Positions 8,864 through 20,474 of a stretch of 64,000 bases of DNA are shown here, one piece after another; position 1 is the stretch's first letter, and each line of letters starts with the position of its first letter. A model generated the notes under the pieces. It was not told the DNA's origin and did not search any database. It was given only the letters and a program-made list of their open reading frames with translations. Origin of the DNA: Acidobacteriota bacterium (GTDB lineage: Bacteria > Acidobacteriota > UBA6911 > RPQK01 > JAJDTT01); NCBI GenBank assembly GCA_965263035.1, contig OZ253580.1:544001-608000 (forward strand). Reading direction: 5' to 3'. The translations under genes and the position numbers were made by a program.

Positions 8864-11484
8864 TTACGGGAAGACCGCGCCGCTGTCGCCCTGCCATTTC
8901 CAGTTGTAGGCGACGCGGAAGTAGTAGAACGCTCCATTGTAGTTGAACGGCGTGTAGGGACTGTATCGATTGCCGACGGCGGAGGCGTCGGGATTTTCTT
9001 CCGGCTGATTGTCGAACACGTTCCGGGCGCCGAGGGTGAGGGTGACGGCATCTCCGATGGAACGGGAGGCTTGCAGATCGAAGATGTAGTCGCCGTTGTA
9101 GACCCGAACGTCTCGGGAATCGTACCAGTCGTCATAGTAGTTCAGGCGCCCCAGGAGCCGCCAGCGGCCCAGGTCTGTTGGGCCGAGACGTTCCAGCGAG
9201 TTCCGGGAATGGCCTCTTGCAACTGCCGGAGCCGGACGGCGTCCAGCACGCCCCGGTTGAACTCGGTGACTTCGGTGTCGGTATGGTTGAAGAGGAAACC
9301 GAAGGTCGTGGCGCCTCCCAACGAGGCGGGTGTGACCGTGGCCACCAGGTCGATCCCCTGGGTCCGGGTCTCGAAGTCGTTGCTGAAGAATCGGAAGTTC
9401 TGCAGGTTGCGGGCGCTGGTGACCCCCTCCGAGATGAGGGTTTCCACTTCCTCCGGGCCGAGGGCGAACAACTGGGTCAAGGCGAGGCGATTGGAGAGAT
9501 CGATGCGAAAGTAGTCGACCGTCAGCCTCAGCGGTCCCCGGTCGGCCACCGCACCCAGACTGGTGTTGACGGACTGCTCGGGTTCGAGCAACCGGCCGCC
9601 CCGGAGTTGGGCTGCCCTGGAAGTCGAGGGGATGGTGCCGTCATTGACCAGGTCCCGGAGCTGAAGATCGTAGCGGGTCGACACGTTGAACGCATTCTGT
9701 TGCCCCGGTGTGGGCGCGCGGAAGCCACTGCTCACGCTGCCGCGCAGCGCCCAGGCCGGGGTCAAACGGTAGCGTCCCGCCAACTTGCCGTTGAGGGTGG
9801 CGCCGAAGTCCTCATAGTCCTCGATCCGAGCCGCGGCGCCGACGGTCCATTTGTTGGAACGTCCGCGCAGTTCCAGGTCGCCGTAGAGGGCGTAGTTGGC
9901 CCGGTCCCACCGGCCGGCGGCGATGGGACTGAATCCGGGGAATCCGTTGGAGCCGGCACTGAAGCCCTGAGGTGCATAGGGTCCGATCTCCCACGACTCG
10001 TTCTGACCCAGGCCGATCTTGAAGTCCTCCTCGCGCCATTCCCCGCCTCCGGCCAAGTGGAGGTGGTCACTGACCGCATAGCTCAGATCCAGATTGAAGG
10101 CGAGATCCTGTTGCCGGTAGAGACCGGGGTCGAATTCCGTGGGCGTGGCCGGACCCAACGAAGCATTGACCGTGTCGAAAATGGAAAAGTCCACCGAGTT
10201 GGAACCCAGGCTGAAGCTGGCATCCCACACCATCCCGGCGGAGGTCTGTCCCCGAAGACCGGCGACCACCGATGCATCGGTCAATTCGCCGCCGAACTGG
10301 GGCCTGAAGCCTCCCGGGAAGATCTCTTGAAACGAGAAACAGTCGGGATCGGAAAAAACTCTGTCCAGGGCCTGCCGGTCCGGGACCCCGTCGGCGATGG
10401 GGACCCGGGGACAGCCGGCCGAACCGTCGAGGATGCCGTCCCGAGCATCGAGACGGTCCCCGATGAGGAGAGTCTTGCCGCCGTCGGCGCTGAAAACGGC
10501 CGCCCGGGTATTGGGATTGCGGAAGAAGAAGCCGCCGGCGACTCGTCTGCTGGCGTAGTTGGTGTGGCCGTAGAGCTGAATCTGGTCGAACACGTGTCCA
10601 AAGTTGCCCCAGAATTTGAACTCGTCGTCGATTGCGGGTGAACCCCAGGTCTGGGCCGGGTCGGCGACCTGGGTGTTCCCGGCCGAAATCAGGTGCGCGG
10701 CGTCGGCGCGTTGGACACTGCGGCTGGTGGCGGCGGTGTTGCCGTACTCGACGCTCAGGTTGGCGAATCCACCCGGGCCGAGGGGCAGGCCGACGTTCCC
10801 GGAGACGGTGTAGGTGCCACCGTCTCCAGCGAGAAAGCTGCCGGTCCGGAACTCCACGCTGCCGCCGGAGGTGTCGTCCTTGAGCAAGAAATTCAGAACG
10901 CCGGCGATGGCGTCCGAGCCGTATTGGGCCGAGGCGCCGTCCCGAAGTACCTCCACCTGGCGCAACGCGATGGACGGGATCACGGAGATGTCGGGCCCCT
11001 GGGCTCCATCCGCGACTCCGTTCCCCAACCAGGTGATGACGGCTCCGCGGTGACGCCGTTTCCCGTTCACCAGGACCAGAGTGTGATCGGGAGCCAGGCC
11101 CCGGAGGGTCGCGGGGCGGATGATCCGGGCCGCATCGCCCACGGGTTGCGGATTGACGTTGTAGGCCGGCAGCACGTTGCGCAACTGATCGGCCACATCG
11201 GGCTCACCCTGACCGGCCAAGTCCTGGGACGAGATCACGTCGATGGGCACCACCGACTCCGTCACCGTCCGCGGCTGGGCCCGAGTGCCGACGACGACGA
11301 TCTCTTCGGTCAACTCGGGTTGCGATTCCTCCAAGGACTCCTTGGACTCTGCAGATTCCGCCTGTCCGGCGGGCTCGCTCTGTTGCTCCGCGGCCTTCCG
11401 CGACTGAGCCGCCGCCGGGAGAAGCAGACAGTATGCGGGGATCAAGAGAAGGCAGGACGCGAGCAGTCGGCGATCGTACTCCAT
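8864..11484 (-). pseudogene. TonB-dependent receptor with one-base frameshift near 9168-9170
   Basis: Plug motifs (EEIVVVGTR, LVLVNGKRRH, EVLRDGASAQYGSDAIAGV). ORF stops at 9142, but the adjacent frame from 9166 continues 100 aa (LGARNVFD...FNYNGAFYYFRVAYNW) to TAA at 8864. May be a sequencing error. Confidence 0.85.
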
Positions 11485-11677
11485 TTCTTCTCCGGACCCG
11501 AGAGCGCTCCCGCCCTCGTCCCGGTATTTTGCTACACGTGAGCCCGAGGCAAAAGTCGCAGGGGCATGGGAAGTTCGCTACGGAAAGATATGTTCGCCGA
11601 TCCGCGCCCTGTGGTACGCTTGATCGCCTGCGGTTCGGGATCCGCTTCGGTTGGCCTCCACCTTCTCCTGACGAGTC

Positions 11678-13942
11678 ATGAATCCGATTCAAGCTCCCGT
11701 CACCAAGGATCTGGTTCTGGTCGGTGGCGGCCACAGCCACGTGGGAGTCCTGAAGGGCTTCGGCACCAGGCCCATGCCGGGAGTCCGACTGACCCTCATC
11801 ACGCGCGACATACACACCCCGTACTCAGGAATGCTCCCGGGCCTCATCGCCGGTCACTACGAATACGACGAGACCCACATCGACCTGGGGCCTCTCTCCC
11901 AGTTTGCGGGCGCCCGCCTCTACCCTGACGAGGCCGTCGGCCTGGACCACGATTCCAAAAGGATCCTGTGCCGTTCCCGGCCACCCGTACCCTACGATCT
12001 GGTCTCCATCAACATCGGCTCCACACCCACTCTCGATCCGGTTCCGGGAGCCGCCGAATCGGTGGTTCCGGTCAAGCCCATCGGTAACTTTCTAAGCCGC
12101 TGGGCCGAGGTCAGGCAACGCGTCCTGGCCAGAGCCGCACGAACCCGGATCGCTGTGGTTGGAGCCGGCGCCGGCGGCGTCGAGCTGCTGTTGTCGGTCC
12201 GACATGCGCTGGAGAATCTTCGGCGGGAAACAGGCCACCCTCGCGAGGCTCCGGAATTTCATCTCTTCTTCGATTCCGAAACCATTCTTCCCACCCACAA
12301 TCGCCGGGTCCGGGCCAAGTTTCAAAGGCTGCTCCAACGCCGGGGCATCCGGCTCTACCCCGGACTGAGGGTCATCCAGGTCCGAGGCCGGATTCTGTAC
12401 TTGGAGGATGGCTCCACCCATGAACTGGATGAAATCCTGTGGGTCACTCGGGCGTCGGCCGCCGGCTGGCTTCGGGAGTCGAATCTGGAAGTGGACGCCC
12501 AAGGCTTCGTGAAGGTCGATGCCACCCTGGAGTCGACCTCACATCCGGGAGTCTTCGCTGCGGGAGACGTGGCCGCGGTGGTCCCGCATCCCCGAGAAAA
12601 GGCGGGGGTCTTCGCGGTCCGTCAGGGGAAGCCACTCGAACGGAATCTGCGCCGAGCCCTGCGGGGACTTCCACCGATACCTTTTCATCCCCAGAAGAAG
12701 TTCCTGAGCCTGATCAGCACCGGGGACCGGCGCGCCGTGGCCTCTCGGGGCTCCTGGTCTCTGGAGGGACGTTGGGTCTGGCGTTGGAAGGATTGGCTCG
12801 ACCGGCAATTCATGGAGCGCTTCAACGGTCATTCGGAGATTCACGTCGAGCCGGCCGCTTCCCGTCGGAGAGGGACCTCGGAACGGCCGGAATCCCCAGC
12901 TACGGATCGCCTCATGCGTTGCCGGGGATGCGGGTCCAAGCTGGGGGCTGCAGTGCTGGAACGGGTGTTGGGTCGGATCGATCCAGCGAACCTGCCGGAT
13001 GTGGTGCTGGGCCTCAAGGCCGGGGAGGACGCGGCCGCGCTGTCGGTCCCACCGGGCCGGACGCTCCTCCAGTCGGTCGACATGTTCCCGGCCATCGTCG
13101 ACGACGCTTACGTCTTCGGCCAGATCGCCGCCAACCACTGCCTGAGCGACATTTTCGCCATGGGCGGGCGGCCCCGGACGGCATTGGCCATCGCTGTTCT
13201 GCCCCTGGCTTCCGAAGACAAAATAGAAGCGACATTGGAGGAGTTGCTGCAAGGCGCGAGGCGGATCCTGCGCCGGGCAGGAGCCGAGTTGGTGGGAGGC
13301 CACACTCTGGAGGGCTCGGAGTTGGCCATGGGACTGGCCGTCTCCGGCCTGGCCGATTCCAAACGGCTCCTGCGCAAGGGGACGATGGCGCCGGGAGATC
13401 GCCTCATCCTGACCAAGCCCCTGGGAACCGGCGCCCTCTTCGCCGCTCACATGCGGCTGAAGGCCAAGGGCCGCTGGATTCAGGGAGCTCTGGAATCCAT
13501 GCTCCGGTCCAACCAGCAGGCCGCCGACTGCTTTCTTCGCCAAGCGGCTCACGCCTGCACGGACGTCAGCGGATTCGGTCTTCTGGGTCATCTGTTCGAA
13601 ATGGTCCGGGACTCCAACGTCCAGGTCCGCATCTCGTTGCCCGCCGTTCCCTTCCTGGAAGGGGCTATCGAGACCGCCAGTGCCGGAATCCACAGCTCGC
13701 TCCAGCCTCAGAACCTTCGGTTGCAGGGAGCCGTTCGGAACCGTAGACTGGCGTCCAGAGCACCGGCCTTCCCGCTGTTGTTCGATCCCCAGACCGCCGG
13801 AGGATTGCTCGCCAGCGTACCGGACCAGTGTTCGGAAACCTGTGTCGAAGAATTGCGGGCCGGGGGGGACTCCGAGGCCGCCATCATCGGCGCCGTGGAA
13901 GCGAAGCAGGACGGGCGCGAATCCATCACCATTGACCTCTGA
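11678..13942 (+). CDS. selD: Selenide, water dikinase fused to an N-terminal pyridine nucleotide-disulfide oxidoreductase domain
   Basis: LVGGGHSH and VVGAGAGG Rossmann motifs, then MRCRGCGSK, EDAA, SDIFAMGG, GGHT, LTKPLGTG, TDVSGFGLLGH and DPQTAGGLL. Confidence 0.92.
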   Translation: MNPIQAPVTKDLVLVGGGHSHVGVLKGFGTRPMPGVRLTLITRDIHTPYSGMLPGLIAGHYEYDETHIDLGPLSQFAGARLYPDEAVGLDHDSKRILCRSRPPVPYDLVSINIGSTPTLDPVPGAAESVVPVKPIGNFLSRWAEVRQRVLARAARTRIAVVGAGAGGVELLLSVRHALENLRRETGHPREAPEFHLFFDSETILPTHNRRVRAKFQRLLQRRGIRLYPGLRVIQVRGRILYLEDGSTHELDEILWVTRASAAGWLRESNLEVDAQGFVKVDATLESTSHPGVFAAGDVAAVVPHPREKAGVFAVRQGKPLERNLRRALRGLPPIPFHPQKKFLSLISTGDRRAVASRGSWSLEGRWVWRWKDWLDRQFMERFNGHSEIHVEPAASRRRGTSERPESPATDRLMRCRGCGSKLGAAVLERVLGRIDPANLPDVVLGLKAGEDAAALSVPPGRTLLQSVDMFPAIVDDAYVFGQIAANHCLSDIFAMGGRPRTALAIAVLPLASEDKIEATLEELLQGARRILRRAGAELVGGHTLEGSELAMGLAVSGLADSKRLLRKGTMAPGDRLILTKPLGTGALFAAHMRLKAKGRWIQGALESMLRSNQQAADCFLRQAAHACTDVSGFGLLGHLFEMVRDSNVQVRISLPAVPFLEGAIETASAGIHSSLQPQNLRLQGAVRNRRLASRAPAFPLLFDPQTAGGLLASVPDQCSETCVEELRAGGDSEAAIIGAVEAKQDGRESITIDL

Positions 13943-13986
13943 AAGGCTGTGGCGTCGACATATTTCATCCGGGAGAATCAAGGAAG

Positions 13987-14457
13987 ATGATCGAAATCGG
14001 AAAACCGGCCCCTGACTTGAGCCTCAAGAACCAGGCGGACCAGGACGTGCGTCTCAGCGATCTGGACGGCCAGTGGGTTGTCCTCTACTTCTACCCCAAG
14101 GACAACACCCCCGGCTGCACCGTCGAGGCTTGTGAGTTCACCGCCGGCGTGGAGGAATTTGCAGCACTCGACGCGGTAGTCCTGGGATGCAGCCCCGACA
14201 CGACCCGCAAGCACCGGAACTTCATCGACAAGTTCGACCTGAAGATTTCGCTCCTTTCGGACCCGGACCACAAGGTGATGGAGAAATACGGGGCCTGGGG
14301 CGAAAAGAAGATGTATGGCCGGACCTTCCAGGGCGTGAAACGCTCCACCGTGATCATCGATCCTTCCGGAAAAGTGGCTCACCACTGGCGCAGCGTCAGG
14401 GCCAGGGGACACGCGCAAAAGGTGCGGGACAAGCTGGAAGCGCTGAGGTCCACCTGA
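13987..14457 (+). CDS. bcp: Peroxiredoxin BCP/PrxQ
   Basis: YFYPKDNTPGCTVEAC motif; YGAWGEKKMYGR. Confidence 0.93.
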   Translation: MIEIGKPAPDLSLKNQADQDVRLSDLDGQWVVLYFYPKDNTPGCTVEACEFTAGVEEFAALDAVVLGCSPDTTRKHRNFIDKFDLKISLLSDPDHKVMEKYGAWGEKKMYGRTFQGVKRSTVIIDPSGKVAHHWRSVRARGHAQKVRDKLEALRST

Positions 14458-14468
14458 GATCTGGCCGA

Positions 14469-14504
14469 GGCCCCGGAGTCGCCGCGGCCGGCGGCTCCGG
14501 GGCC
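14469..14504. terminator. GC-rich hairpin between convergent bcp and leuD
   Basis: 16-bp stem GGCCCCGGAGTCGCCG / CGGCGGCTCCGGGGCC with one wobble and a 4-nt loop; no U-tract. Confidence 0.55.
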
Positions 14505-14511
14505 GGACCGC

Positions 14512-15102
14512 TTATGCGGAGTGAGCCGCCTCGTACCGGCTGATCTTCTCCTCGTGCCGGAGGGTGAGTCCGATCTCGTCGAGGCCCTCCAACAGGCAGT
14601 GCCTCCGGAACGGCTCCACCGAGAACTCCAGCTTCAGGCCCATATCGTCTCGCAGGGTACGGTTCTCCAGGTCCACCGACAGGGTGTAGTCCGGGTTTTC
14701 CCGGACGCGCCGGAAGAGATCCCTCACCTGCCGCCGGGAGAGCCGAATCGGCAACATCCCGTTCTTGAAGCAGTTGTTGTAGAAGATGTCGGCGAAAGAG
14801 GGCGCGATTATGGTCCGGAAGCCGTAGTCCAGCAGCGCCCACGGGGCGTGTTCCCTGGAGGATCCACAGCCGAAGTTGCTGCCGGTCAACAACACGCCGG
14901 CTCCGCGGAAACGAGGCTGATTCAACTCGAACCGGGGGTCGAGGCTCCCGTCCTCCAGGAATCGCCAGTCGTAGAAGAGAAACCGGCCGAATCCGCTTCG
15001 TTCGATCCGCTTCAGAAACTGCTTGGGAATGATCTGGTCGGTGTCCACGTTGGCCCGATCCAGAGTGGCCACCTTACCCGTCTCCTGCCGGTACGGTTCC
15101 AT
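14512..15102 (-). CDS. leuD: 3-isopropylmalate dehydratase small subunit
   Basis: [28 protein letters not shown] and FADIFYNN motifs. Confidence 0.97.
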   Translation of the reverse strand: MEPYRQETGKVATLDRANVDTDQIIPKQFLKRIERSGFGRFLFYDWRFLEDGSLDPRFELNQPRFRGAGVLLTGSNFGCGSSREHAPWALLDYGFRTIIAPSFADIFYNNCFKNGMLPIRLSRRQVRDLFRRVRENPDYTLSVDLENRTLRDDMGLKLEFSVEPFRRHCLLEGLDEIGLTLRHEEKISRYEAAHSA

Positions 15103-15112
15103 ACGAATTGCC

Positions 15113-16513
15113 TCAGAACCAGTCTCGAATATCCACGAATCTTCCCTGGATCGCCGCCGCTGCCGCCATAGCGGGACTCACCAGATGGGTTCGTCCGCCC
15201 TTCCCCTGACGCCCCTCGAAGTTCCGGTTCGACGTGGACGCACAGCGCTGTCCGGGCTGGAGGACGTCGGGGTTCATGCCCAGACACATGCTGCAACCCG
15301 ACTCCCGCCAGTCGAACCCGGCTTCGATAAAGATCCGGTCGAGCCCTTCGGCTTCGGCCTGTCCCTTCACCCGTTGCGACCCGGGGACCACCATGGCATA
15401 GACGCTGTCGACCACCTTCCGTCCCTGGGCGATACGGGCGGCACTGCGCAGATCCTCGATCCGGGAATTGGTGCAGGAACCGATGAACACGCGGTCGACG
15501 CGAACTTCCCGGACCGGCGTTCCCGGGTCCAGATCCATGTAATCCAGGGCTCTCCGCCCCGACTCACGATCGGCTTCCTGGTCAAAGGTCTCCGGATCGG
15601 GAACCACGTCCGTCACATCCACCACCATCCCGGGATTGGTTCCCCAACTCACCTGGGGCGCCAGGGCATCCACGTCCAGATCGAGCTCCCGGTGGAAGCC
15701 GGCGTCGGGGTCGCCGGGGAGCAGCCGCCACCGGTCCACCGCCTCCTGGTACTCCCTGCCCCGGGGAACGAACGGACGCCCTTCCAGATACTCGAAAGTG
15801 GTTTCGTCGGGCGCCACCATTCCGGCGCGTGCCCCGGCCTCGATGGACATGTTGCAGAGCGTCATCCGCTCCTCCATGGAGAAGCGTTCGACGACCGGCC
15901 CGGAATACTCGACGACGTGACCCACCGCCCCGTCCGTCCCCAGGGTCCGAATCAGGTAGAGAATCACGTCCTTGGCGGTCACGCCGGCGGAGAGCCTCCC
16001 GGAAAAATGGACCCGCATGGTTCGCGGGCGGCTCTGGATCAGACATTGGGTCGCCAGTACGTGCTCCACCTCGCTGGTTCCGATCCCGAAGGCCAGAGCT
16101 CCGAAAGCGCCGTGGGTCGAGGTGTGACTGTCGCCGCAGACCATGGTCAGCCCTGGACGGGTCAGGCCCAGCTCGGGGCCGATCACGTGCACGATGCCCT
16201 GATTCCGGCTGTCCAGATCGTAGAGCGTGATCCCGAATTCCCGGCAATTTTGGCGAAGCGTCTCAACCTGCTTTCTGGCGATGAGGTCGGCGATGGGCAA
16301 CCTCTGATCCACGGTGGGGATGTTGTGATCCAACGTGGCCGAGGTCAGATCGGGATGCCGGACCTGGCGTCCCGCCTGCCGCAAGCCCTCGAAGGCCTGA
16401 GGCGAGGTGACCTCGTGCACCAGATGGCGATCGATGTACAGGAGTGCGGGCCGACCCGGTTCCCGATGAACGACGTGAGCGTCCCAGATTTTCGCGAACA
16501 AGGTCTTGGCCAT
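15113..16513 (-). CDS. leuC: 3-isopropylmalate dehydratase large subunit
   Basis: [35 protein letters not shown] and [12 protein letters not shown] motifs; start refined to MAKTLF at 16513. Confidence 0.97.
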   Translation of the reverse strand: MAKTLFAKIWDAHVVHREPGRPALLYIDRHLVHEVTSPQAFEGLRQAGRQVRHPDLTSATLDHNIPTVDQRLPIADLIARKQVETLRQNCREFGITLYDLDSRNQGIVHVIGPELGLTRPGLTMVCGDSHTSTHGAFGALAFGIGTSEVEHVLATQCLIQSRPRTMRVHFSGRLSAGVTAKDVILYLIRTLGTDGAVGHVVEYSGPVVERFSMEERMTLCNMSIEAGARAGMVAPDETTFEYLEGRPFVPRGREYQEAVDRWRLLPGDPDAGFHRELDLDVDALAPQVSWGTNPGMVVDVTDVVPDPETFDQEADRESGRRALDYMDLDPGTPVREVRVDRVFIGSCTNSRIEDLRSAARIAQGRKVVDSVYAMVVPGSQRVKGQAEAEGLDRIFIEAGFDWRESGCSMCLGMNPDVLQPGQRCASTSNRNFEGRQGKGGRTHLVSPAMAAAAAIQGRFVDIRDWF

Positions 16514-16625
16514 GTCTGTGGGTTGTTCCTCCGGCCGATCCCGAGATCTATCGGCGGGGCGGCCCAAGGCGGAACTCCGGCGTCTGCAGATTGGAGCCGA
16601 AAATCGGCTCGCCCGGCCGAAAACG

Positions 16626-18173
16626 TCAGGCCGAGGCGGTGCGGGGCGCCTCCCGCTCCAACCTGCCCGCCTCGTACAGAGCCTTGTTGACGGCGTTCAA
16701 ATAGGCCCGGGCGCTGGCATCGATCACATCGACGCTGGCGGCCTTCCCCGTGTATCCGATCCCAACAAAATTCGTGCGCACGAAGACTTCACCCAAAGCG
16801 TCCTTGCCCCTGCTCACGGCGCTGACATTGTAGTCCAGGAGCCGGCCGGTGATCCCCGTAATCCGGTCGATGGCCTTGTAGATGGCATCGATGGGGCCGT
16901 CGCCGTGGGCGGTGGCGACGAATTCGTCGTCACCCTGCCGGAGTTGGACCAGAGCCGAAGCCAACTGCTGGTTTCCCCCTTGGGCATGAACGTATTTGAG
17001 CTTGTAGGTGTCGGGTATCGTCTTGATCCCGTCCTGGATGATGGTGATCAGATCTTCGTCGAAGATTTCCTTCTTCTGATCCGCCAACTTGGTAAAGAAG
17101 AAATAGGCTCGATGCAACTCCTCCGGTGAGAGCTCGTAACCCAGATCCTGATACTTCCGACGGAGGGCATGGCGTCCACTGTGCTTGCCCAGCACCAGCG
17201 AACTGCTCTTGAGACCCACCGACTGGGGAGTCATGATCTCGTAGGTCTGAGCATTCTTGAGCATCCCGTCCTGGTGGATCCCAGCCTCGTGGGCGAAGGC
17301 ATTCTTGCCCACGATGGCCTTGTTGGCCTGGACGAAGCTTCCGGTCAGGTTCACCACCATGCGGCTCGCCGTGTAGAGCTCCTCCGAGACGATGCCGGTG
17401 TAGTAGGGCAGGATGCTGCCTCGCGTTCGCAGCGTCATGACGATCTCTTCCAGCGAGGCATTCCCTGCCCGTTCGCCGATGCCGTTGATGGTGCATTCGA
17501 CCTGGCGGCAACCGCCCTCCAACGCGGCCAGCGTATTGGCGACGGCCAGCCCCAGATCATTGTGGCAGTGGGTGCTGAAAATGGCGTGCTCGTGGTGGGA
17601 GAGGCGGGAGCGGAGTTGCTGGATCAGAGCCCCATATTCGCCGGGAACGGAATAGCCCACCGTGTCGGGGATGTTGACGGTCGTGGCACCCGCCTCAAGG
17701 ACGGCGTCGAACACCTCCACCAAGTAGTCGATGTCGCTCCTGGTGGCGTCTTCGGCGGAGAACTCAACGTCCTCACAAAGGTCCCGGGCGATCCTGACGG
17801 CCTCTACGGAGGCCTCCAGCACTTCGGACCGGGATCTTCTGAGCTTGTGTTTCAGGTGGATGTCCGAAGTGGCGATGAAGGTGTGAATCCGGGGCTTGTG
17901 CGCTCCCTGCAGGGCCTCCCAGGCCCGCTCGATATCCATTCGATTGGCCCGGCACAGACCGGCGATGGCGGGCTCCCTCACCTCGCCGGCAATGGCTTGC
18001 ACGGCCTCGAAGTCTCCCTGGGAAGCGATGGGGAACCCGGCCTCGATGATGTCCACGTTCAGCCGCTCCAGCTGACGAGCCATCTTCAGTTTTTCTTGAA
18101 GGTTCATGGAGCATCCGGGAGACTGCTCGCCGTCACGCAATGTGGTGTCGAATATGTGGATTTTTTCCGACAT
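16626..18173 (-). CDS. leuA: 2-isopropylmalate synthase
   Basis: [33 protein letters not shown] and LGKHSGR motifs; C-terminal regulatory domain (GDGPIDA). Confidence 0.97.
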   Translation of the reverse strand: MSEKIHIFDTTLRDGEQSPGCSMNLQEKLKMARQLERLNVDIIEAGFPIASQGDFEAVQAIAGEVREPAIAGLCRANRMDIERAWEALQGAHKPRIHTFIATSDIHLKHKLRRSRSEVLEASVEAVRIARDLCEDVEFSAEDATRSDIDYLVEVFDAVLEAGATTVNIPDTVGYSVPGEYGALIQQLRSRLSHHEHAIFSTHCHNDLGLAVANTLAALEGGCRQVECTINGIGERAGNASLEEIVMTLRTRGSILPYYTGIVSEELYTASRMVVNLTGSFVQANKAIVGKNAFAHEAGIHQDGMLKNAQTYEIMTPQSVGLKSSSLVLGKHSGRHALRRKYQDLGYELSPEELHRAYFFFTKLADQKKEIFDEDLITIIQDGIKTIPDTYKLKYVHAQGGNQQLASALVQLRQGDDEFVATAHGDGPIDAIYKAIDRITGITGRLLDYNVSAVSRGKDALGEVFVRTNFVGIGYTGKAASVDVIDASARAYLNAVNKALYEAGRLEREAPRTASA

Positions 18174-18273
18174 GGGCACCTTCCCAGGGTTGGACTCAAC
18201 CGAAAAATAGCCCCAAACAGTAGCAGGAATGGTCCTTCCAGGTCAATTCTAGAGCCGTCGCGAGGGAGCGCCG

Positions 18274-19389
18274 TCAGGTCACCCGCTGCACGAACCAGAA
18301 CCCTCCCAGACCCAGCATCAGGGCAGATGCCAGATTGATGGCGACCGAGTGCCAACGCCGCCGGCTCAGGTAGAGGACCGCTGGAAAGAGTAGGAGAAGA
18401 ATCGCCAATTGTCCCAGTTCGACACCCAGATTGAAGGAGAGGAGGGAAACGGCCAGGCCTGACCTGGGAAGCTGCATCTCCCGCAGCACGTTGGAAAAAC
18501 CGAATCCGTGAATCAGCCCGAAGAAGAAGGTGATGACCCAGCGGTACCGGACCTCGCGCACGAACATGTTCTCCAGAGCGACATAGCAGATGCTGAGGGC
18601 AATGGCCGCCTCCACGAACCGGGTGGGCAGGATGACCAGGTCCAAAGTCGCCAAAATGAGAGTGAGGCTATGGGCCACGGTGAAGGAGGAGACGACGCCG
18701 ATGAGTGACCTCAGGGCTCCTCCCAGGATGATCAGGCCCAAGAGAAAGGCCAGATGATCGTAGCCGGTGAGGATGTGCTCCACACCCAGAACCAGGAAAC
18801 GGCTCGCGCGGCGGGCGAGACCGGACCAGCCCGTCAGCACCTCGATCCGCTCCACCGGTCGGCTCGCATCCAGGACGTATTGGGTCAGCGCTCCGTCCAT
18901 GTCGACTTGACAGAAGGTCCGGTGACGGTCGTCGGTGAGCTTGTGAAAGGTGGATTCCAGCTGAAGTACGCCCGGCGGCTGATGAAAGAGGTGGAGTAGG
19001 GACAACTCCATTTCCCCGGAGTCCAGGATCCGGAATTTCTCGACGCGGGTCTCGAGCGTGCGGTCTCCGCTCCGAATCAGGAAGTGCTCCAGGAGTCGAG
19101 ACTGTATCTCCTCCCTCCGGGCCGAGACTTCCTGATACTCGAGGACGCCGTTGCTATTGGCATCCAACTCGGGAAGAAAGTTCAAGTCCAGGATGGAGAT
19201 GCGAATCGTGGACCGCACCTGGAGCGGCTCCACCTGAATCGACCAGTAGCCCACCGAATCCTGGTGTGCCTGAAGCTGAGGCAGAGACAGAGAGAGCAGG
19301 GCGAAACCAGCCCACCTGCTCAATCCAGTGAGAATCGGATTGAGCCGCAGAGCAACCCGACGGTGCGCCTCCGGGCCGGGAGTCGTCAT
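18274..19389 (-). CDS. HupE/UreJ family membrane protein with N-terminal soluble domain
   Basis: GVEHILTGYDHLAF, FTVAHSLTL, FGLIHGFGF and FNLGVELGQ motifs; start at 19389 overlaps the upstream stop (ATGA). Confidence 0.85.
   Translation of the reverse strand: MTTPGPEAHRRVALRLNPILTGLSRWAGFALLSLSLPQLQAHQDSVGYWSIQVEPLQVRSTIRISILDLNFLPELDANSNGVLEYQEVSARREEIQSRLLEHFLIRSGDRTLETRVEKFRILDSGEMELSLLHLFHQPPGVLQLESTFHKLTDDRHRTFCQVDMDGALTQYVLDASRPVERIEVLTGWSGLARRASRFLVLGVEHILTGYDHLAFLLGLIILGGALRSLIGVVSSFTVAHSLTLILATLDLVILPTRFVEAAIALSICYVALENMFVREVRYRWVITFFFGLIHGFGFSNVLREMQLPRSGLAVSLLSFNLGVELGQLAILLLLFPAVLYLSRRRWHSVAINLASALMLGLGGFWFVQRVT
19373..19389. repeat. 17-bp inverted repeat, left copy (GGGCCGGGAGTCGTCAT)
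   Basis: Exact reverse complement of 20473-20489. Confidence 0.85.
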
Positions 19390-20474
19390 TTGGGAAGGCG
19401 GTTCCCCGCCCTCTGCAACTCCTCCTCGACGACCTTCTTCATCCCGTCGTAGAGTTTGGACCCCTTCAGCGGACGGCCGTTGATGAAGACCGCCGGCGTC
19501 CCTGAGACTCCGGCCACCATTCCGTCCTCCAGATCCTGCTGGACGGTCGCCGCATACTTGCCTGACTCCAGACACTGGTTGAATGCCTCCATGTCCAGAT
19601 TCAGTTTCTTGGCCCTGGCCGTCAAGTCCTTGGGCCCCAACCTCTTGATCTCTTCGAAGAGGGCGTCGTGCATCTCCCAGAAACGGCCCTGATCGAAAGC
19701 GCACAGCGAAGCCTCCGCCGCTTTCTGGGCGTGAGAATGGATGCTCCTCAACGGAAACTGCCGGAAGACCACCCGGAGCCGGCGAGGATATTCACCAGCG
19801 ATCTTCTTCACAACCGGGGCGAGACGCGCGCAGTGGGAACACTGGAAGTCGGAAAACTCCACCAGAGTGACCGGCGCATCCAAAGGTCCCAAAGACGGAC
19901 TGCTCAGGGTCTGGACCTCCACCCGGTTCGGCTCCAGGAACAACTCGACCTGGCTCGCTGCCTTGAGACGATCCACATACGCTTGATAGCGCTTCTGGTA
20001 CCGCTGCCGACTCAGATATCGCCGAATCTCTCCGGACATCTCCTCCAGGGACTTCTTCAGCTTCTTCCGGTTGCTGTGGTAAAAACCGGCCACCTCCTGA
20101 TCGGTCGGCTCCTTCATGCCGGCGCTGACTTCCAGCCGCAGTAGCGCCTGGAGCGGGAGCGACCGCCGTTCCGCTTCCTGCTCCAACAATTTCTGGCCTA
20201 CCAGCCGATTCAGGTTCGACTCGACCGCGCCGTGGACCTTCTCCTTGTGTTTCGCCTCGTACTGGAGTCGAGTGAGGCGGAGCTTGTGCAACTCCGGCGC
20301 CGCGGCCTGGCGGACATCGTCTTCCATGATCTCCACGCCGTTGACCCGTGCCAGCGCACGGCCCCTCGCCGAAGGAGCAGCCATCGATGCCTCCATGCAG
20401 CCGACCGAAACCATGACTGCCAGATTGAAAAGGACTCCACTGCGACGGGTGGCCCAGTGTGATGCGTTCTTCAT
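19386..20474 (-). CDS. DsbA-like thioredoxin-domain protein with SurA-like N-terminal region
   Basis: VEFSDFQCSHC (CxxC), FRQFPL and GVSGTPAVFING (cis-Pro) motifs; N-terminal LARVNGVEI segment. Confidence 0.88.
   Translation of the reverse strand: MKNASHWATRRSGVLFNLAVMVSVGCMEASMAAPSARGRALARVNGVEIMEDDVRQAAAPELHKLRLTRLQYEAKHKEKVHGAVESNLNRLVGQKLLEQEAERRSLPLQALLRLEVSAGMKEPTDQEVAGFYHSNRKKLKKSLEEMSGEIRRYLSRQRYQKRYQAYVDRLKAASQVELFLEPNRVEVQTLSSPSLGPLDAPVTLVEFSDFQCSHCARLAPVVKKIAGEYPRRLRVVFRQFPLRSIHSHAQKAAEASLCAFDQGRFWEMHDALFEEIKRLGPKDLTARAKKLNLDMEAFNQCLESGKYAATVQQDLEDGMVAGVSGTPAVFINGRPLKGSKLYDGMKKVVEEELQRAGNRLPK

Noticed and set aside
11678-13942. Selenocysteine recoding in selD
   Set aside because: The active-site motif is encoded with Cys codons and there is no in-frame TGA
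15023-16690. Long antisense or alternate-frame ORFs (also 1197-2762, 23864-25456, 39834-41513, 50595-52766, 61668-63629)
   Set aside because: Shadow ORFs expected in GC-rich DNA opposite well-supported genes; no recognisable motifs
18180-18273. Leucine attenuator leader upstream of leuA
   Set aside because: A three-Leu run exists in one frame, but no short start-to-stop leader peptide or terminator/antiterminator pair could be identified
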